Positions 1 to 17,907 of a stretch of 47,192 bases of DNA are shown here, in pieces (the first letter of the stretch is position 1; every line of letters begins with the position of its first letter). Below the pieces are notes generated by a model. The model did no database searches and was not told the origin of the DNA. It worked only from the letters and a program-made list of their open reading frames with translations. Made by a program: the position numbers and the translations under genes. This DNA comes from Reclinomonas americana ATCC 50394 (taxonomy: Eukaryota), in contig PS015124.1 of the NCBI GenBank assembly GCA_048213135.1, positions 1 to 47,192 on the forward strand. The letters run 5' to 3'.

Positions 1-437
1 GTGCTGTCCATCAGGGGTGACGGCGACAGACGTCACCTCCCGGGAGTGACCCGTCAACCGTCGCACCTCCTCGCCACTCTCCAGCGACCACACACGTACG
101 GTACAGTCTCGACCCCCACTCACTATCTGCTGGCCATTGGGGGTGACGGCAACAGACCACACCGAACCAGTGTGTCCATCCAGTCGACGCACTTCTGCTC
201 CACTTGTCAACGACCACACACGAACGGAGCTGTCCAAGCACCCACCGACAATGTGCTTGCCGTCGGGAGTGACAGTGACGGACCGCACCGAAGAAGCGAG
301 ACTCTGAATGATCTGTATCAAGCACTCGCGGTGAGACGCACATACACAAACAACAACCGCACATGCACGAGCACACGAATGAACACACAGACACCAAACA
401 CGCAAAAGTGCGCACACATTCACACCTTGGTTGCCAT
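1..437 (-). CDS. WD40-repeat protein, array copy A (5' part; runs off the window start)
   Basis: Micro-exon ATG GCA ACC AAG|gt (437-426), then exon 312-1 open to the edge: IIQSLASSVRSVTVTPDGKHIVGGCLDSSVRVWSLTSGAEVRRLDGHTGSVWSVAVTPNGQQIVSGGRDCTVRVWSL... Same exon structure as copies B and C. Confidence 0.85.
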
Positions 438-2440
438 TCTCCGTGTGTGTGTGCGTGTGATTTGCTCGCTCCGGATTGTCGCCGTTTCCCGCCTTTCTTC
501 TCCCGCCTTGCTCCGAGACGTCCCGCATCCCTCGCCACGCTGCAGCCAGCAATCAACAGCAACCGGCAGTGTGAGCGACGTGGCTTCTTTGATGCGTGGG
601 AGCTTTCGAAGACCGACGTGGGACTTGTCGATGGGAAATCGGCAGAATGGACAAGCAGGGTGGTGGCTCGAGGTGGCGCTCCACTGCATCGCGCTGCTGT
701 CCAGCGACACTCTCTTTAGAGTGACCTGCATTATCTCTCAACGAGGACTGGCATGTCGGGCTGCTTGGATATGCAGCTGTGGCCCTGGTGTGAGAATCCA
801 TGGAGCACCGAGTCTTCGAAACCTCGCCTCCTTGGGTCGGCCCACAGCGAGGTTGATGAGGGCACGATGATGATGGCAAACGGTACAGGAGAGGAGCGAC
901 CACCACAGCAGCTCAGCGATGGAAGAGCTAGCTCGAGGCAGCTGTGTTGTGAGGCTCGCCTCCTCTCACTCAAGTCACAATCAATGCCTCGTGCCTTCAA
1001 TCACACTCACAGCCGGTCGATAAATCGTCTTATGCAAGTACTGTGAAGCACGGAACAACATGTGGTCATGTCGCATGCCAGTCACTTGCCAGCACGCCTG
1101 TGTTCAGATATCGATCACACACAGAACTGAGTCAGTCAATCTCCATGTCTCACCAACTTGTTCCTCAGTGCAGATACAGAACACGCACGCACCATGAGTT
1201 GCTGGCCGAGCATGCGTCTGCAGTCTCCTGTGGCCACCACCATGGTCACTCGGCAGAGACGGCGGCAACCAAGGTGCGCACATCATCGATCCGCTCCGAC
1301 TTGCCAGCCGGGATTGAAAACGATCCACCGACCAGCCACCATGTCGCACATCACGACACACATGTGTACATCCACCCAGCCACGCTCTCCATGGCATGCA
1401 CGGCCTGCATAATTGAGGTGAGTGGGAGGGAAGGAGGAAAGAGAGATCACGACGAGCAAGGCCACACAACTGCTGAGTGCATGGTGGGATGCGAGTGGGA
1501 AGCCAAGTGAGTGAGGTGACTGTCGACAACGGGCAATGCACATCACGCCTGTCATCGCCACGACATGCTTTCCATGGTCTCTGCATGCCGGTGTGCTGTG
1601 AGCAAAGAATGGAGGACGGGGAGAGAAATCTGCTCTGTCTCACTGACAAGCACATCGATCAGCACTTGATACCAACACGCGTTTGTCAAGAAGCAAGCCA
1701 AGAGATGCTCACACAACCATCCTGCAAGGGAGAGAAGGAGCAGAGTCAGTATGCAGGTATGCCACATCACACACTTCGGCATCGGGAAGCTCACCATGAT
1801 GGACTGGCAGGATGGCAATGGGAACACGGTGAGCAGACCAGCATGTTCGGCCTCGAGCGTGTGCGGCAAGGAGGGGTGGATGACTGGGGAAGCAGATGAG
1901 CGCACAAAGGCAGGGAGATGGCGGAGAAAGAGATAGATTCTGCAGGAGGCAGGAAAAAGAGAGCTGAAAGACAGGCATCCTGCAGAGCCGGAAGGAGAAT
2001 GTCCGCGGCGCACAGGCACAATGGGAAGCAGAGTATAGCGGTGCCAAGGAGGTGCGCAAACAAGACGCGAGGAAACAGACAGCGGTGACTCGCTCTCCTG
2101 AGGCGCATACACGAACGGCGGAAGAAGCACACACAACAGACATCACAACGAGACGAAAAAGACAAATCAGCCTCCCAAGTGACCTGTCGCACTTGCACAC
2201 ACAAATGAAGGTGAGAAAGAGACACACACACAGAGGGAGACATGCTTCATGGCCACACACACACACATTATCATGGCACGCCAACATACACGGGAGAACA
2301 AGTCATCTTCAACAACGATCTCTCCCCCCTTTCTGTCATCCTCTTCCCCCTCCTGCATCCCGCACAACCACCCGCTCTCCCTCGCAAGACACGAAAAAAC
2401 AACTCACGATCACCAGCAACCCTCCCTTCGACTCACCGAC

Positions 2441-3602
2441 TCAGCACCGGAAAAGGACGACCTCGGCATCCTCGACGATGAAACAGCGCAGAACCAGCTC
2501 GGGAAGGCATCGTGAATCTACTTCCTCCTCCTCCTCCTGCATCTCCTGCACAGCTCGCATGGCCGCGCGCGCGGCGTCGAGTTCGAGACGAGCGAGGTCA
2601 CGCGGCGTGGACCACACTCTCATGGTCTTGTCGTAGCCACCCGCACTCACAATGTGCAGACCATTGGGAGAGACGGCCACAGACGACACCCATCCGTCAT
2701 GACCCTCCAACCGTCGCACTTCCTCGCCACTCTCCAGAGACCATACCCGCACTGTGCTGTCCTTGCTCCCACTCACGACATGCTGGCCATTGGAGGTGAT
2801 GGTGACAGACGACACCCATCCAGTGTGTCCCTCCAACTGTCGCACTTCTTCTCCACTCAGTGACCACACTCTCACCGTTTTGTCCATACAGCCACTCACG
2901 ACGTGTTGACCATCTGGAGTAACAGCGACAGAGAATACCCAGTCAGTGTGTCCCTCCAACCGTCGCACTTCTTCGCCGCTCGCCAGCGACCACACTCGCA
3001 CTGTGTTATCGTGGCTACCACTCACTATATGCTGACTATCGGGGGTGACGGCGACAGACCGCACCGTGTCGGTGTGTCCTTCCATCCGTCGCACCTCCTT
3101 GCCACTCGCCAGCGACCACACCCGCACTATGCAGTCCCAGCTCCCACTCACGATGTGATGACCCTCAGGAGTGATGGCGACAGACATCACCGTGTCGGCG
3201 TGTCCCTCTAACCGTCGCACCTCCTCGCCACTCTCCAGCGACCACACACGTACGGTACAGTCTCCGCTCCCACTAACGATGTGCTGATTATCAGGGGTGA
3301 TGGCGACAGACTGCAACCACGCAGTGTGTCCCTCCAGCCGTCGCACTTCTTCTCCTCTCGCCAGAGACCACACTCGAACAGTACTGTCCCCGCACCCACC
3401 GACAATGCGCTTGCCATCGGGAGTGATGGTGACGGACCGCACCGAAGAAGCGGGACTCTGAATGATCTGCGTCGATCACCCGCGGGTGAGACGCACATGC
3501 ACAAACACACAAACAACAACCGCACACAAGCACGAGCAAACGAATGCACATACAGTACACCAACCACGCAAAGTGCGCATACATTCACACCTTTGTTGTC
3601 AT
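2441..3602 (-). CDS. WD40-repeat protein (7 highly similar ~42-aa repeats plus ~55-aa C-terminal tail), copy B
   Basis: Exon 1 3602-3591 (MTTK|gt), exon 2 3466-2441 (cag|ATCATTCAG..., in frame with ORF 2441..3442). Repeats read GH..V.SVA(V/I)TPDGQH(I/V)VSGS.D.TVRVWSL.SGEEVRRLE. The 12-nt first exon is inferred from its conservation in all three copies. Confidence 0.92.
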
Positions 3603-5767
3603 TCTCCGTGTGTGTGTGATTTACTCGCTCGGAATTGTCACTGTTTCCCGCCTTTTTCTCCCGCCTTGCTTTGAGACGTCGTCCATCCCTCGCCAGGCTG
3701 CAGCCAGCACCCCGCACAACATACAGCAGTATGAGAGCAACGTGGCTTCTTTGATGCGTGTGGGCTTAAGCTTTTGAAGACCGACACAGGACTTGTCGAT
3801 ACGAAGTCGGCAGAATGGACAAGGGTGGCGACACAAGGTGGCGCTCCACCGCACCGTGCTGCTGTCCAGCGACACTCTCTTTCGACTGACCTGCATTATC
3901 TCTCAACGAGGACTGGCATGTCGGTCTGCTTGGATACGCAGCTGTGGCCCTGGTGTGCTGATGCACCAGAGAATCCGATGAACACCGAGTCTTCGAAACC
4001 TCAAGCCTCCTTGGATCGGCCCACAGCGAAGTTGACAAGGCGCACGTCATGATGGTACAAGGAAGAAAAGGAGCCACAAGGGATATGAGAGGAGCGACCA
4101 GTACAGCAGCACAGCGGTGGAAGAGGCAGTCGTGTCGTGAGGCTCGCCTCCCCTAACCCAACTCACAATCAATGCCTTATGCCTTCAATCACACTCACAG
4201 TCGGTCGGTGCATTGTCTCATGCATGCACTGTGTGGCACGGAACCACGTGTCTTCGCATGCCAGTGACGACTCACTTGCCAGCACGCCTGTCACACAGAA
4301 TTGAGTCAGTCAATCTCCAAGTCTCACCAACTTACTCCTCAACGCAGATGCAGAACACGTACGCACCAGGCCGCGCGCGCGTCTGCAGTCTCCCATGGCC
4401 ACCACCATCATTACTTGGCAGCGACAGCAGCAACCAAGAAGCGCACATCATCGATCCGCTCTGACTTGCCAACCGGGACGAGAACGATCCACCGACCAGG
4501 CCACCCATCGGGAAACACGACACGCATGTGTCCAGCCATGAGTAGATTGCCGAGCACGCGTCTGCAGTCTCCTGTGGCCACCACCATGGTCACTCGGCAG
4601 AGACGGCGGCAACCAAGGTGCGCACATCATCGATCCGCTCCGACTTGCCAGCCGGGATTGAAAACGATCCACCGACCAGCCACCATGTCGCACATCACGG
4701 CACACATGTGTACATCCACCCAGCCACGTTCTCCATGACGAGCACGGCCTGCACGAATGAGGTGAGTGGGAGGGAAGGAGGAAAGAGAGATCACGACAAA
4801 CAAGGCCACACACCTGCTTCGTGCATTGGTGGGATGCGAGTGGTGAGCCGAGTGAGCGAGGTGACGGTCGACAACGGGCAATGCACATCGCGCCTGTCAT
4901 CGCCACGACATGCTTTCCATGGTCTCTGCTACCGGTGTGCTGTGAGCAAAGAATGGAGGACGGGGAGAGAAATCTGCTCTGTCTCACTGACAAGCACACC
5001 GATCAGCACCTGATGCCAACACGCGTTTGTCAAGAGGCAAGCCAAGGGACGCTCACACAACCATCCTGCAAGGGAGAGAAGGAGCAGAGTCAGTATGCAG
5101 GTATGCCACCTCACACACTTCGGTGTCGGCAAGCTCACTATGATGGACTGGCAGCATGGCAATCGGAACACGGTGAGCGGACCAGCAGCTCGACCTCGAG
5201 CGAGTGCGGAAAAGAGGGGTGGATGACTGGGGAAGCAGATGAGCGCACAAAGAAGAAAAACGGTGGGGAAAGAGAGAGACTCTGTAGGGACAGAGAAAGA
5301 GAGAGAGAGCCGAAAGACAGGCATTCTTCGGGGCGGAAGGAGAATGTGCACGGCGCACAGGCACAATGGGAAGCAGAGCAGTGATGCCAAAGTGGTGCGC
5401 AAAACAAGATGCGAGGAAATAGACAACGGCGACTCGCTCTCCTGAGGCACACACATGCACGAATAAGATGCACACACAACAGACTTCACAAAGAAACAAA
5501 TAGACACAAGAGACTCCCAAGTGATTCATCGAGCTTGCACACCAATTGAGGTGAGAAAGAGACACGCATGCAGAGGGAGACATGCTTCACGCCAGCACAC
5601 TCACATTCATGCCAGGGCAACAAGCACGAGAGAACAAGTCTTCATAATCAACCTCTCTCCTCTCGTCTGTCATCCTTCTATTCCCCCACCCACTCACCCC
5701 CGCACAAGACACGAAAAAACAACTCACAATCTCCAGCAGCCACCTTCCCTCCCTTCGACTCACCGAC

Positions 5768-6949
5768 TCAGCACCGGAAAAGGACGACCTCGGCATCTTC
5801 AACAATGAAACAGCGCAGAACCAGCTCGGGAAGGCATCGTGAATCTACTTCCTCCTCCTGCATCTCTTGCACAGCATGCATGGCCGAGCGCGCGGCGTCG
5901 AGCTCGAGGCGAGCGAGGCCACGCAGTGTGGACCACACTCGTATCGTCTTGTCTTGGCCACCGGCACTCACAATGTGCTGACCATCGGGAGAGACGGCAA
6001 CAGACGATACCCATCCAGTGTGTCCCTCCAACCGTCGCACTTCCTCGCCACTCGCCAGGGACCATACCCGAATGGAGCTGTCCCCGCTCCCACTCACGAC
6101 ATGCTGGCCATCGGGAGGGACGGTGACAGACCACACCGCACCAGTGTGTCCTTCCAATCTCCACACCTCCTCGCCACTCACCGAATACCACACTCGCACG
6201 GTGCTGTCTCCACTCCCGCTCACTATCTGCTGGTCATCAGGAGTGACGGCGACAGACAACACCCCGCCATCGTGTCCCTCCAGCCGTCGCACTTCCTCCC
6301 CGCTCGCCAGTGACCACACACGCACGGTGCGGTCTCCACTCCCGCTCACAATGTGGTGACCATCAGGAGTGACTGCCACAGACATCACCCTTGCAGTGTG
6401 TCCCTCCAGCCGTCGCACCTCCTCCCCACTTGCCAGAGACCACACCCGCACTGTGCAGTCCCAGCTCCCACTCACGATGTATTGACCATCGGGGGTTAAC
6501 GTTACGACGACACAATACACCAATCCAGTGTGTCCCTCCAACCGTCGCACCTCTTCTCCACTCTCCAGCAACCACACACGTAGGGAGTTGTCTCCACCTC
6601 CACTCACGATGTGCTGGCCATCAGGGGTGACGGCGACAGACTGCAACCATGCAGTGTGTCCCTCCAGTCGTCGCACCTCCTTGCCACTCGCCAGTGACCA
6701 CACACGTACGGTACTGTCCATGCACCCACCAACAATGTGCTTGCCATCGGGAGTGATGGTGACGGATCCCACTTCTGCGAGACTCTGAATGATCTGTGCC
6801 GATCATTCGCGGTGAGACGCACACACAGCAGCGACATTCGAAGACACGCACATGCACAAACAACTGCCGCACACATGCACGAGCACACGAATGCACGCAC
6901 AGACACCAACCACGCAAAAGTGCGCACACATTCCCACCTTTGTTGTCAT
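5768..6949 (-). CDS. WD40-repeat protein, copy C
   Basis: Exon 1 6949-6938 (MTTK|gt), exon 2 6793-5768 (ORF 5768..6772). Seven WD repeats; the tail ...VDSRCLPELVLRCFIVEDAEVVLFRC* is identical to copy B. Confidence 0.92.
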
Positions 6950-6995
6950 TCTCCGTGTGTGAGAGAGAGAGAGAGAGAGTGCGTGATAGAGAGAG

Positions 6996-7048
<53 letters not shown>

Positions 7049-7866
7049 TGTGTGAAGCACTCTGATTCATCGGACGGAACATCAACATCAACTCTCGCGC
7101 GTGTGTGCGCCTCGTGGTGCCGTCTGTGTCTCAGTGCCCCCTGTCTCTCTGCGTCCCCGTCGTGGAGCTCCATTCTCCAACTGCAATGTGAGCGAGATAT
7201 TGCGGCATTGAATGTGCATGCATGCATGCCGAGCCAGTTCCAACTCGACACGCCATGAGCATCAACCCCCTCCGAGTCACGCGTGTGAGTCGGGTGGAGA
7301 GGCAACACCACACGATTCAGAAAGAGAACAACGAGGCAGCGCAGTTCGTGAGTGGCGTGTACCACACCAGCTGTCTGGGCACACACGCACGCGCGGGAAA
7401 CGAGTGCGCAGGGCAAGTGCACTCCCTCTCCCCGTGGCGTGGGTGAGAAGGGTGGCCGTCTGAATCGATGCTTGACGCGCTCTCCATGTTCATGCGGTGC
7501 CAGTGTGAGAAGGGGGAGACGGGCGAAGATGCCGCTGGCCGCTGCTTCAAAAAGCGACAGGCTGGCATCCCCGCCGCGTTCGAATGACAGGGCGACATGA
7601 GGGGTGGGTGTGTGTATGAGCGAGGACTCACTCAATGTCGAGCAGCGCGTGTCTATTCATCCATGGTCTCATCTCAACCACCCACACACACACCTCGCAC
7701 CCGGCATTTTCTTCTTGCACTCCCACTGCACTGTGCTATGCTGTATCTGCTTTCCGGCTGCCTGCACTTGGCAAGGCAGTGGAGAAGCACGTGTGAGGCG
7801 GTGTGGCTGTCAACAAAACAGAGTTACGCGCAATGACAGCCATCGGTCTTCGTACATTCATCGAGC

Positions 7867-8156
7867 TCACTCCGTCCAGCACCTTCCAGGCGCACGGCGT
7901 TCAATCACCTCTGCATCCTCCAGCACAAAACACCGCAGCGCGACATCGACGAGGATCCAGTCACAGTCATCTTCTTCGGCAAGCAGCTTGTTGACGGCCA
8001 GCACGGCCAGTCGTACGGTAGCTGAGCTCCTGCCGCGCCAGCCCACGCGGCGTGGACCACACACGGATCGTTTTATCCCGCCTGTCACTCACGATGTGCT
8101 GGCCATCGGGAGTAACGACGACAGAGTATACCCATCAAGTGTGTCCCCCCTAATCG
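7867..8156 (-). pseudogene. Decayed WD40 gene remnant (last repeat plus tail)
   Basis: Reads GHT*WVYSVVVTPDGQHIVSDRRDKTIRVWSTPRGLARQELS, with in-frame TGA at 8137-8135 where copy C has GGA, then a frameshift into ...ILVDVALRCFVLEDAEVIE..., homologous to the tail of copies B and C. Confidence 0.8.
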
Positions 8157-8559
8157 TCCAACACTGTGCGCAACAAGGAACAAAGGAAAGTGAGAAGAAA
8201 CAATCAGATGAGAGAGTGGATTGTGAAGCAAGGGGACAGACATCGGCGAAAGGGATGGAATGAGGAGAATGAGAGAGGAGTAGCTTGCTGCAACTACGTG
8301 AGTGCAAAAAGAAGAAGAAGAGAGAGAGAGAGGGTAGGCACAAATCGGAGTGGGGAGGAAGAGGATAGCAAGCAAGGAACGCGGCACAGTGACGAGCAAG
8401 CATCCCTCAATCGACACGAAGCAGAACAATGCGAAACGAGAAGAAAAAGAGAGAGTGGGCGCACGGGGGCATGAACAATGCAAGTGCATGACATGAAGGA
8501 GAGAGAACAGGGCGAATCTTGAGGAGCGGACGATGGGAGGCATTGAAAGGGAAGCCATT

Positions 8560-9420
8560 GAAGAGCGATCAGCTGACGCAGGAGAGAAAGAAACAAGGTG
8601 AAGGAGAAGGAGAGTGGGTGGAGGCGTGAAGGATGCAAGTGAAAAAAGATCAAGGTAGGAGAAAGGGACCGAAAAAGGAAGTCCTTGAAGCACAGAGAGG
8701 CGAGGAGAGTGAGAGTGGGAGGAGGCGCGAAGGATGCAAGTGAAAAGAGATCAACGAAAAGCAACAAGGGCGGCTCACGGGAGGGGACAATGCAGAGGAG
8801 AGAGGCCAAGAATGGAAGGCAATGGAAGACACAAGAAAGAGCGAAACGAGGCGAGACGAGGTGAGGAGAGTGAGAAAGGACAGAGTCGTGTAGGAAGCAA
8901 GTGAAAAGAGACCAAGGAAAGAGAAAGGGACCGAAAAGGTAGGCCCTTGAAGCACAGAGAGGTGAGGAGAGTGAGAGAGGATGGAGGCGCGAAGGATGCA
9001 AATGAAAAGAGATCAAGGAAAAGCAACAAGGGCGGCTCACGGAAAGGGGGCAACGGAGAGGAAAGAGACCAAGAATGGAAGGCAATAGAAGACACAAGAA
9101 AGAGCGAAACGAGGCGAGACGAGGAAAAGGAGAGTGGGAGGAGGCGAGAAGGAAGCAAGTGAAAAGAGACCAAGGAAGGAGAAAGGGACCGAAAAGGGAA
9201 GTCTTTGAAGCACAGAGAGACGAGGTGAAGGAGAAAGAGAGCGAGAGGAGGCGTGAAGAATGCAAGTGAAAAGAGATCAAGGAAAAGCAACAAGGGCGGC
9301 TCACGGAAAGGGGACAATGCAGAGGAGAGAGGCCAAGAATGGAAGGCAATGGAAGACACAAGAAAGAGCGAAACGAGACGAGGTGAGGAAACGGAGAGTG
9401 GGAGGAGGCGTGAAGGATGC
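8560..9420. repeat. Purine-rich tandem repeat, ~265-bp unit, about 3 copies
   Basis: gcaacaagggcggctcacgg recurs at ~8761, ~9023 and ~9288 with shared flanks. Confidence 0.8.
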
Positions 9421-9485
9421 GACCAACGCGAGTGGATAATGGAAGTGAGGAAGAACGAGAGAGAAAAGAAACGCGAATTGCTCAC

Positions 9486-10216
9486 CTGCTCAGTATGTAT
9501 GTGAGACACAAGAACACAGTCGGTGTAGAGGCGGCCAGGGAGAGATCTGAATGTGATGCTGGAGCGCGCCAGTGCGAGGCACATGCACACATCTCGTCGC
9601 CACGGCGCTCCGTCTTGCACAACACAATGGACAGATGGTGCGATGGCAGGCCTCACTCCCCTGCGACATGAGAGCGCATCTATGAGCAAAGAAAAAAAAG
9701 CAGAGCAGCCGGCATTCGTGTGGCACCACCACAAGCACACACCGATCGACAGAAAATGTGTGGGCATATTCGAGCAGTCGAGGAACACAGCGGCAAGTGA
9801 CAGGATGCCGCCCAGCAGCACCTGCTGCAGTAGAGCATGTGGACCAGACGAGTCGAAATGCGTCTCACATCTGTCGCAGAAGTGGCATCATGCGTGTCAG
9901 TGCATGACCATGCTGGTCGCCCTCCCTTCAACCTCAAATCGCAAACGATCCTCTTCTCTCTCTATCCACTCCTCTCACCCTCCCGTCAACTCACCCCGCA
10001 CGAGTGTATCGTCGAACGCCACCAGCATCATCAGATGCTGCTGTGGAGGAGTGCGTGACGGTCGATCAACGCAGAGCCACCAACAGGAAGAAGAACAAGA
10101 TGCGCCACATTGCGAATCCGGCGGTGGCCGACGACTGGCTCACACGAGCTCCCATCGATATCACGCCGGCTGACAAGCGACGGTCGAATGGCACCGCTCT
10201 CACACACAATCATCGC
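9486..10216 (-). CDS. Possible exons of a hypothetical protein with a weak WD-like motif; model uncertain
   Basis: Good minus-strand acceptor at 10217 (ctcac...cctgcag) and several gt..ag pairs ~45-90 nt apart. One join reads ...VVGHRRIRNVAHL..MLVAFDDTLVRAWS...QVLLGGILSLAAVFLD... No start codon identified. Confidence 0.3.
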
Positions 10217-10359
10217 CTGCAGGCGGAGAGCGCGATAAAGTGAGTGTGGGCGCAGAATTGGACGAAGAAGGAGGGCGTGGAGAGTGAATCAGTGAATCTG
10301 AAGCGAGAGGGAGACAGAGGAAGCAACGGTGGCATGGCGGACAAGGCGGAGAGGGGGGA

Positions 10360-11000
10360 GAGGGGTACAGAGACAGGCCGAGTACAGGCAAGAGGAGGAT
10401 GAAGACGGAAGGGGAGAGGGAAGATGCGAAGGAGCAGAAGAGAAGGGAGAGGCAGAGTACAGGCAAGAGGAGGATGAGGACGGAAGGGGAGAGGGAAGAC
10501 GCGATAGAAGAGAAGAAAACGGAAGAGAAAGAAGAGGCAAAGACAACAACAGAGCAATGATTCAACGAGGATGAAAAAGGAAGGGAAAAAGAAGATGAAA
10601 AGGAAGTGAAGCAGAAAGAGAAGGGAGAGGCAGAGAGAACAACAGAGCGATGATTCAACGAGAGTGAAGACGGAAGGGGAGAGGGAAGACGCGAAGGAAG
10701 AGAAGAAAGCAGAAGAGAATGAAGAGGAAGAGACAACAGAGCGATGATTCAACGAGGGAGCAGATGGAAGGGAAAGGGGAGACGCGAAAGAAGGGAAAGC
10801 AGAAGAGAATAAAGAGGCTGAGAGAACAACAGAGCGATGATTCAACGAGGGAGAACACGGAAGGGAAAGGCAAGACGCGAAGGAAGAGAAAGCGAAAGAG
10901 GGGGGCGGAGGGGGAAGAGAGAATGAGGAGGAAGAGATAACAGTGCAATGATTCTACGAGGGTGAAGAGGAGAGACAGAGAGAGGCGATTGCATGAACGC
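10360..11000. repeat. Purine-rich degenerate tandem repeats (~75-110 bp units)
   Basis: Recurrent aacagagcgatgattcaacgag and gacggaaggggagagggaagacgcga blocks. Confidence 0.75.
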
Positions 11001-11246
11001 ACAGATGCACATCCATCTGTCACTCTGAACAGAGCCAAGGATGAGAATGGAAGGGCAGAAAGAGAGAGAGAGAGAACGAANNNNNNNNNNNNNNNNNNNN
11101 NNNNNNNNNNNNNNNNNNNNNNNNNNNNNNNNNNNNNNNNNNNNNNNNAGAGAGGGAGGGAGGGAGGGAGGGAGAGGGAGGGTGAGAAAGTGAGAGGTTG
11201 TCGGGTTACGTGGTTCCCCTGTCCTTTAACACGCGAGTGCTCGCAG

Positions 11247-11608
11247 GCAATGCCAGCATCCTGGAACAAGAAGACCAACCACTGTGGAAGCGCATGGGTA
11301 CCATTCCTTGGTTCATCTTTGATTCGATTGTCAAATCTCTCGCCCTCTTCTTGGAGCGTGAGGGCACCTTGCATGACGTTGCGTTGATACTTCGCTTCCG
11401 CAGGAGTCAGCATGACTTTGCCTCATTCCCACAAACAGGAGAGCGCTCGTACCTCACGTGTGCCCGACGAGTTCTACACGCTGCTGCCGCAGTTGACGAA
11501 TGCGATTGTGCATGTGGTGGAGAGTTTGGAGCCGTACGGTCGCAATGCCGAGCTGACCACCGTCAACTTTGCGTTGTTCCTGCGCGATCTGTTCCCACTG
11601 TGCAACCG
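11247..11608 (+). CDS. Two internal exons of a DOCK-family (DOCK-C/D, zizimin-like) Rho GEF; fragment only
   Basis: Exons 11247-11377 and 11439-11608 join to ...IPWFIFDSIVKSLALFLEREGTLHD|ESARTSRVPDEFYTLLPQLTNAIVHVVESLEPYGRNAELTTVNFALFLRDLFPLCNR. This resembles the remembered DOCK6-11 middle region (WFFF..MVKSM...R.RFP..F...N.SLA.FL.DLL...DRG). Confidence 0.7.
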
Positions 11609-11640
11609 GTGCGTCACATCTCTCTCTCTCTCTCTCTCAC

Positions 11641-11688
<48 letters not shown>

Positions 11689-11737
11689 TCTCTATCTCTC
11701 TCTCCTCTCTCTCTGACATCGAGTGTGGCCACGCAAC

Positions 11738-17342
<5,605 letters not shown>

Positions 17343-17402
17343 GAGAGTGTGTGAGCGTGTGCAAGAGTGTTTGGGACAACGGGACAGATGGCGGGGACAG
17401 AG

Positions 17403-17867
17403 TGACGTCACCATGATCACGCAAAAACACGCGCACAACTGGCAGTGCACACGCGCAAGGTCGTCGTCTCGGACAGCGGCAATAAGTGCCGCGCGCTGCT
17501 CCGTGGCATGAGTGTGCAAGAGTGTTTGGGACAAAGGACAGATGGCGGGGACAGAGTGACGTCACCATGATCACGCAAAAAACCCCGCGCGCAACTGGCA
17601 GTGGCGGCATCCGGCACACGCACATGGTCGTCGTCTCGTCTTGGCCGCATGCTGCTCCGTGGCATGAGTGTGTGAATGGACAAAGGACACATTGCGGGGA
17701 CAGAGTGACGTCATCATGGTCACACAATAAACTCGCGCGCAACTGGCAGTGGCGGCGTCCGGCACACGCATGATCGCCGTCTCTGCATGCTGCTCCGTGG
17801 CATAAGAGTGTGCAATTGTGTGTTTTTTGGGCAGTGGACAGATGGCGGGCGGGACAGAGTGACGTCA
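17403..17867. promoter_or_regulatory. Four TGACGTCA (CRE/ATF-like) palindromes in the divergent SRP72 / coiled-coil gene interval
   Basis: TGACGTCA at 17403, 17557, 17706 and 17860, between ATGs at 17342 (-) and 17908 (+). Function is inferred from motif and position only. Confidence 0.45.
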
Positions 17868-17907
17868 TGGGCGTTGTTGCATTGTGCGAGAGAGGAAGAG
17901 AGAGGGT

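Larger units (their letters stand above)
1..6960. repeat. Tandem segmental duplication, ~3.2-3.3 kb unit (WD40 gene plus ~2-2.2 kb spacer)
   Basis: ATGs at 437, 3602 and 6949; stops at 2441 and 5768. Spacer ~440-2440 aligns by eye to ~3605-5767. Similarity ends at the (GA)n/(TG)n run near 6960. The second spacer has an extra internal duplication (~4370-4520 vs ~4555-4700). Confidence 0.92.

Noticed and set aside
440..2440. Overlapping 100-190 aa ORFs in the duplicated spacer (also 3605-5767)
   Set aside because: Frames are not preserved between the two copies, no motifs are recognisable, and I could not build a consistent exon chain.
1..6772. 126-bp periodic repeats resembling a CRISPR-like array
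   Set aside because: They are in-frame WD40 coding repeats in a eukaryotic gene, with no repeat-spacer structure and no cas genes.
6946..7635. 229-aa minus-strand ORF and overlapping plus-strand ORFs
   Set aside because: Partly microsatellite read-through with no recognisable protein features.
8135..8137. In-frame TGA as selenocysteine or code reassignment
   Set aside because: It replaces a Gly codon in a fragment that is also frameshifted and truncated, and TGA is the usual stop in this window.
8085..9821. Long Leu/Ser/Phe-rich or Arg/Glu-rich ORFs (also 10200-10845, 13861-14421, 20213-20963, 23321-24407)
   Set aside because: These are translations of stop-poor purine/pyrimidine tandem repeats, mostly intronic.
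10004..10243. Plus-strand ORF ending at a gtgagt donor, as a candidate upstream DOCK exon
   Set aside because: The phase does not match the DOCK exon at 11247, there is no DOCK similarity, and a gap intervenes.
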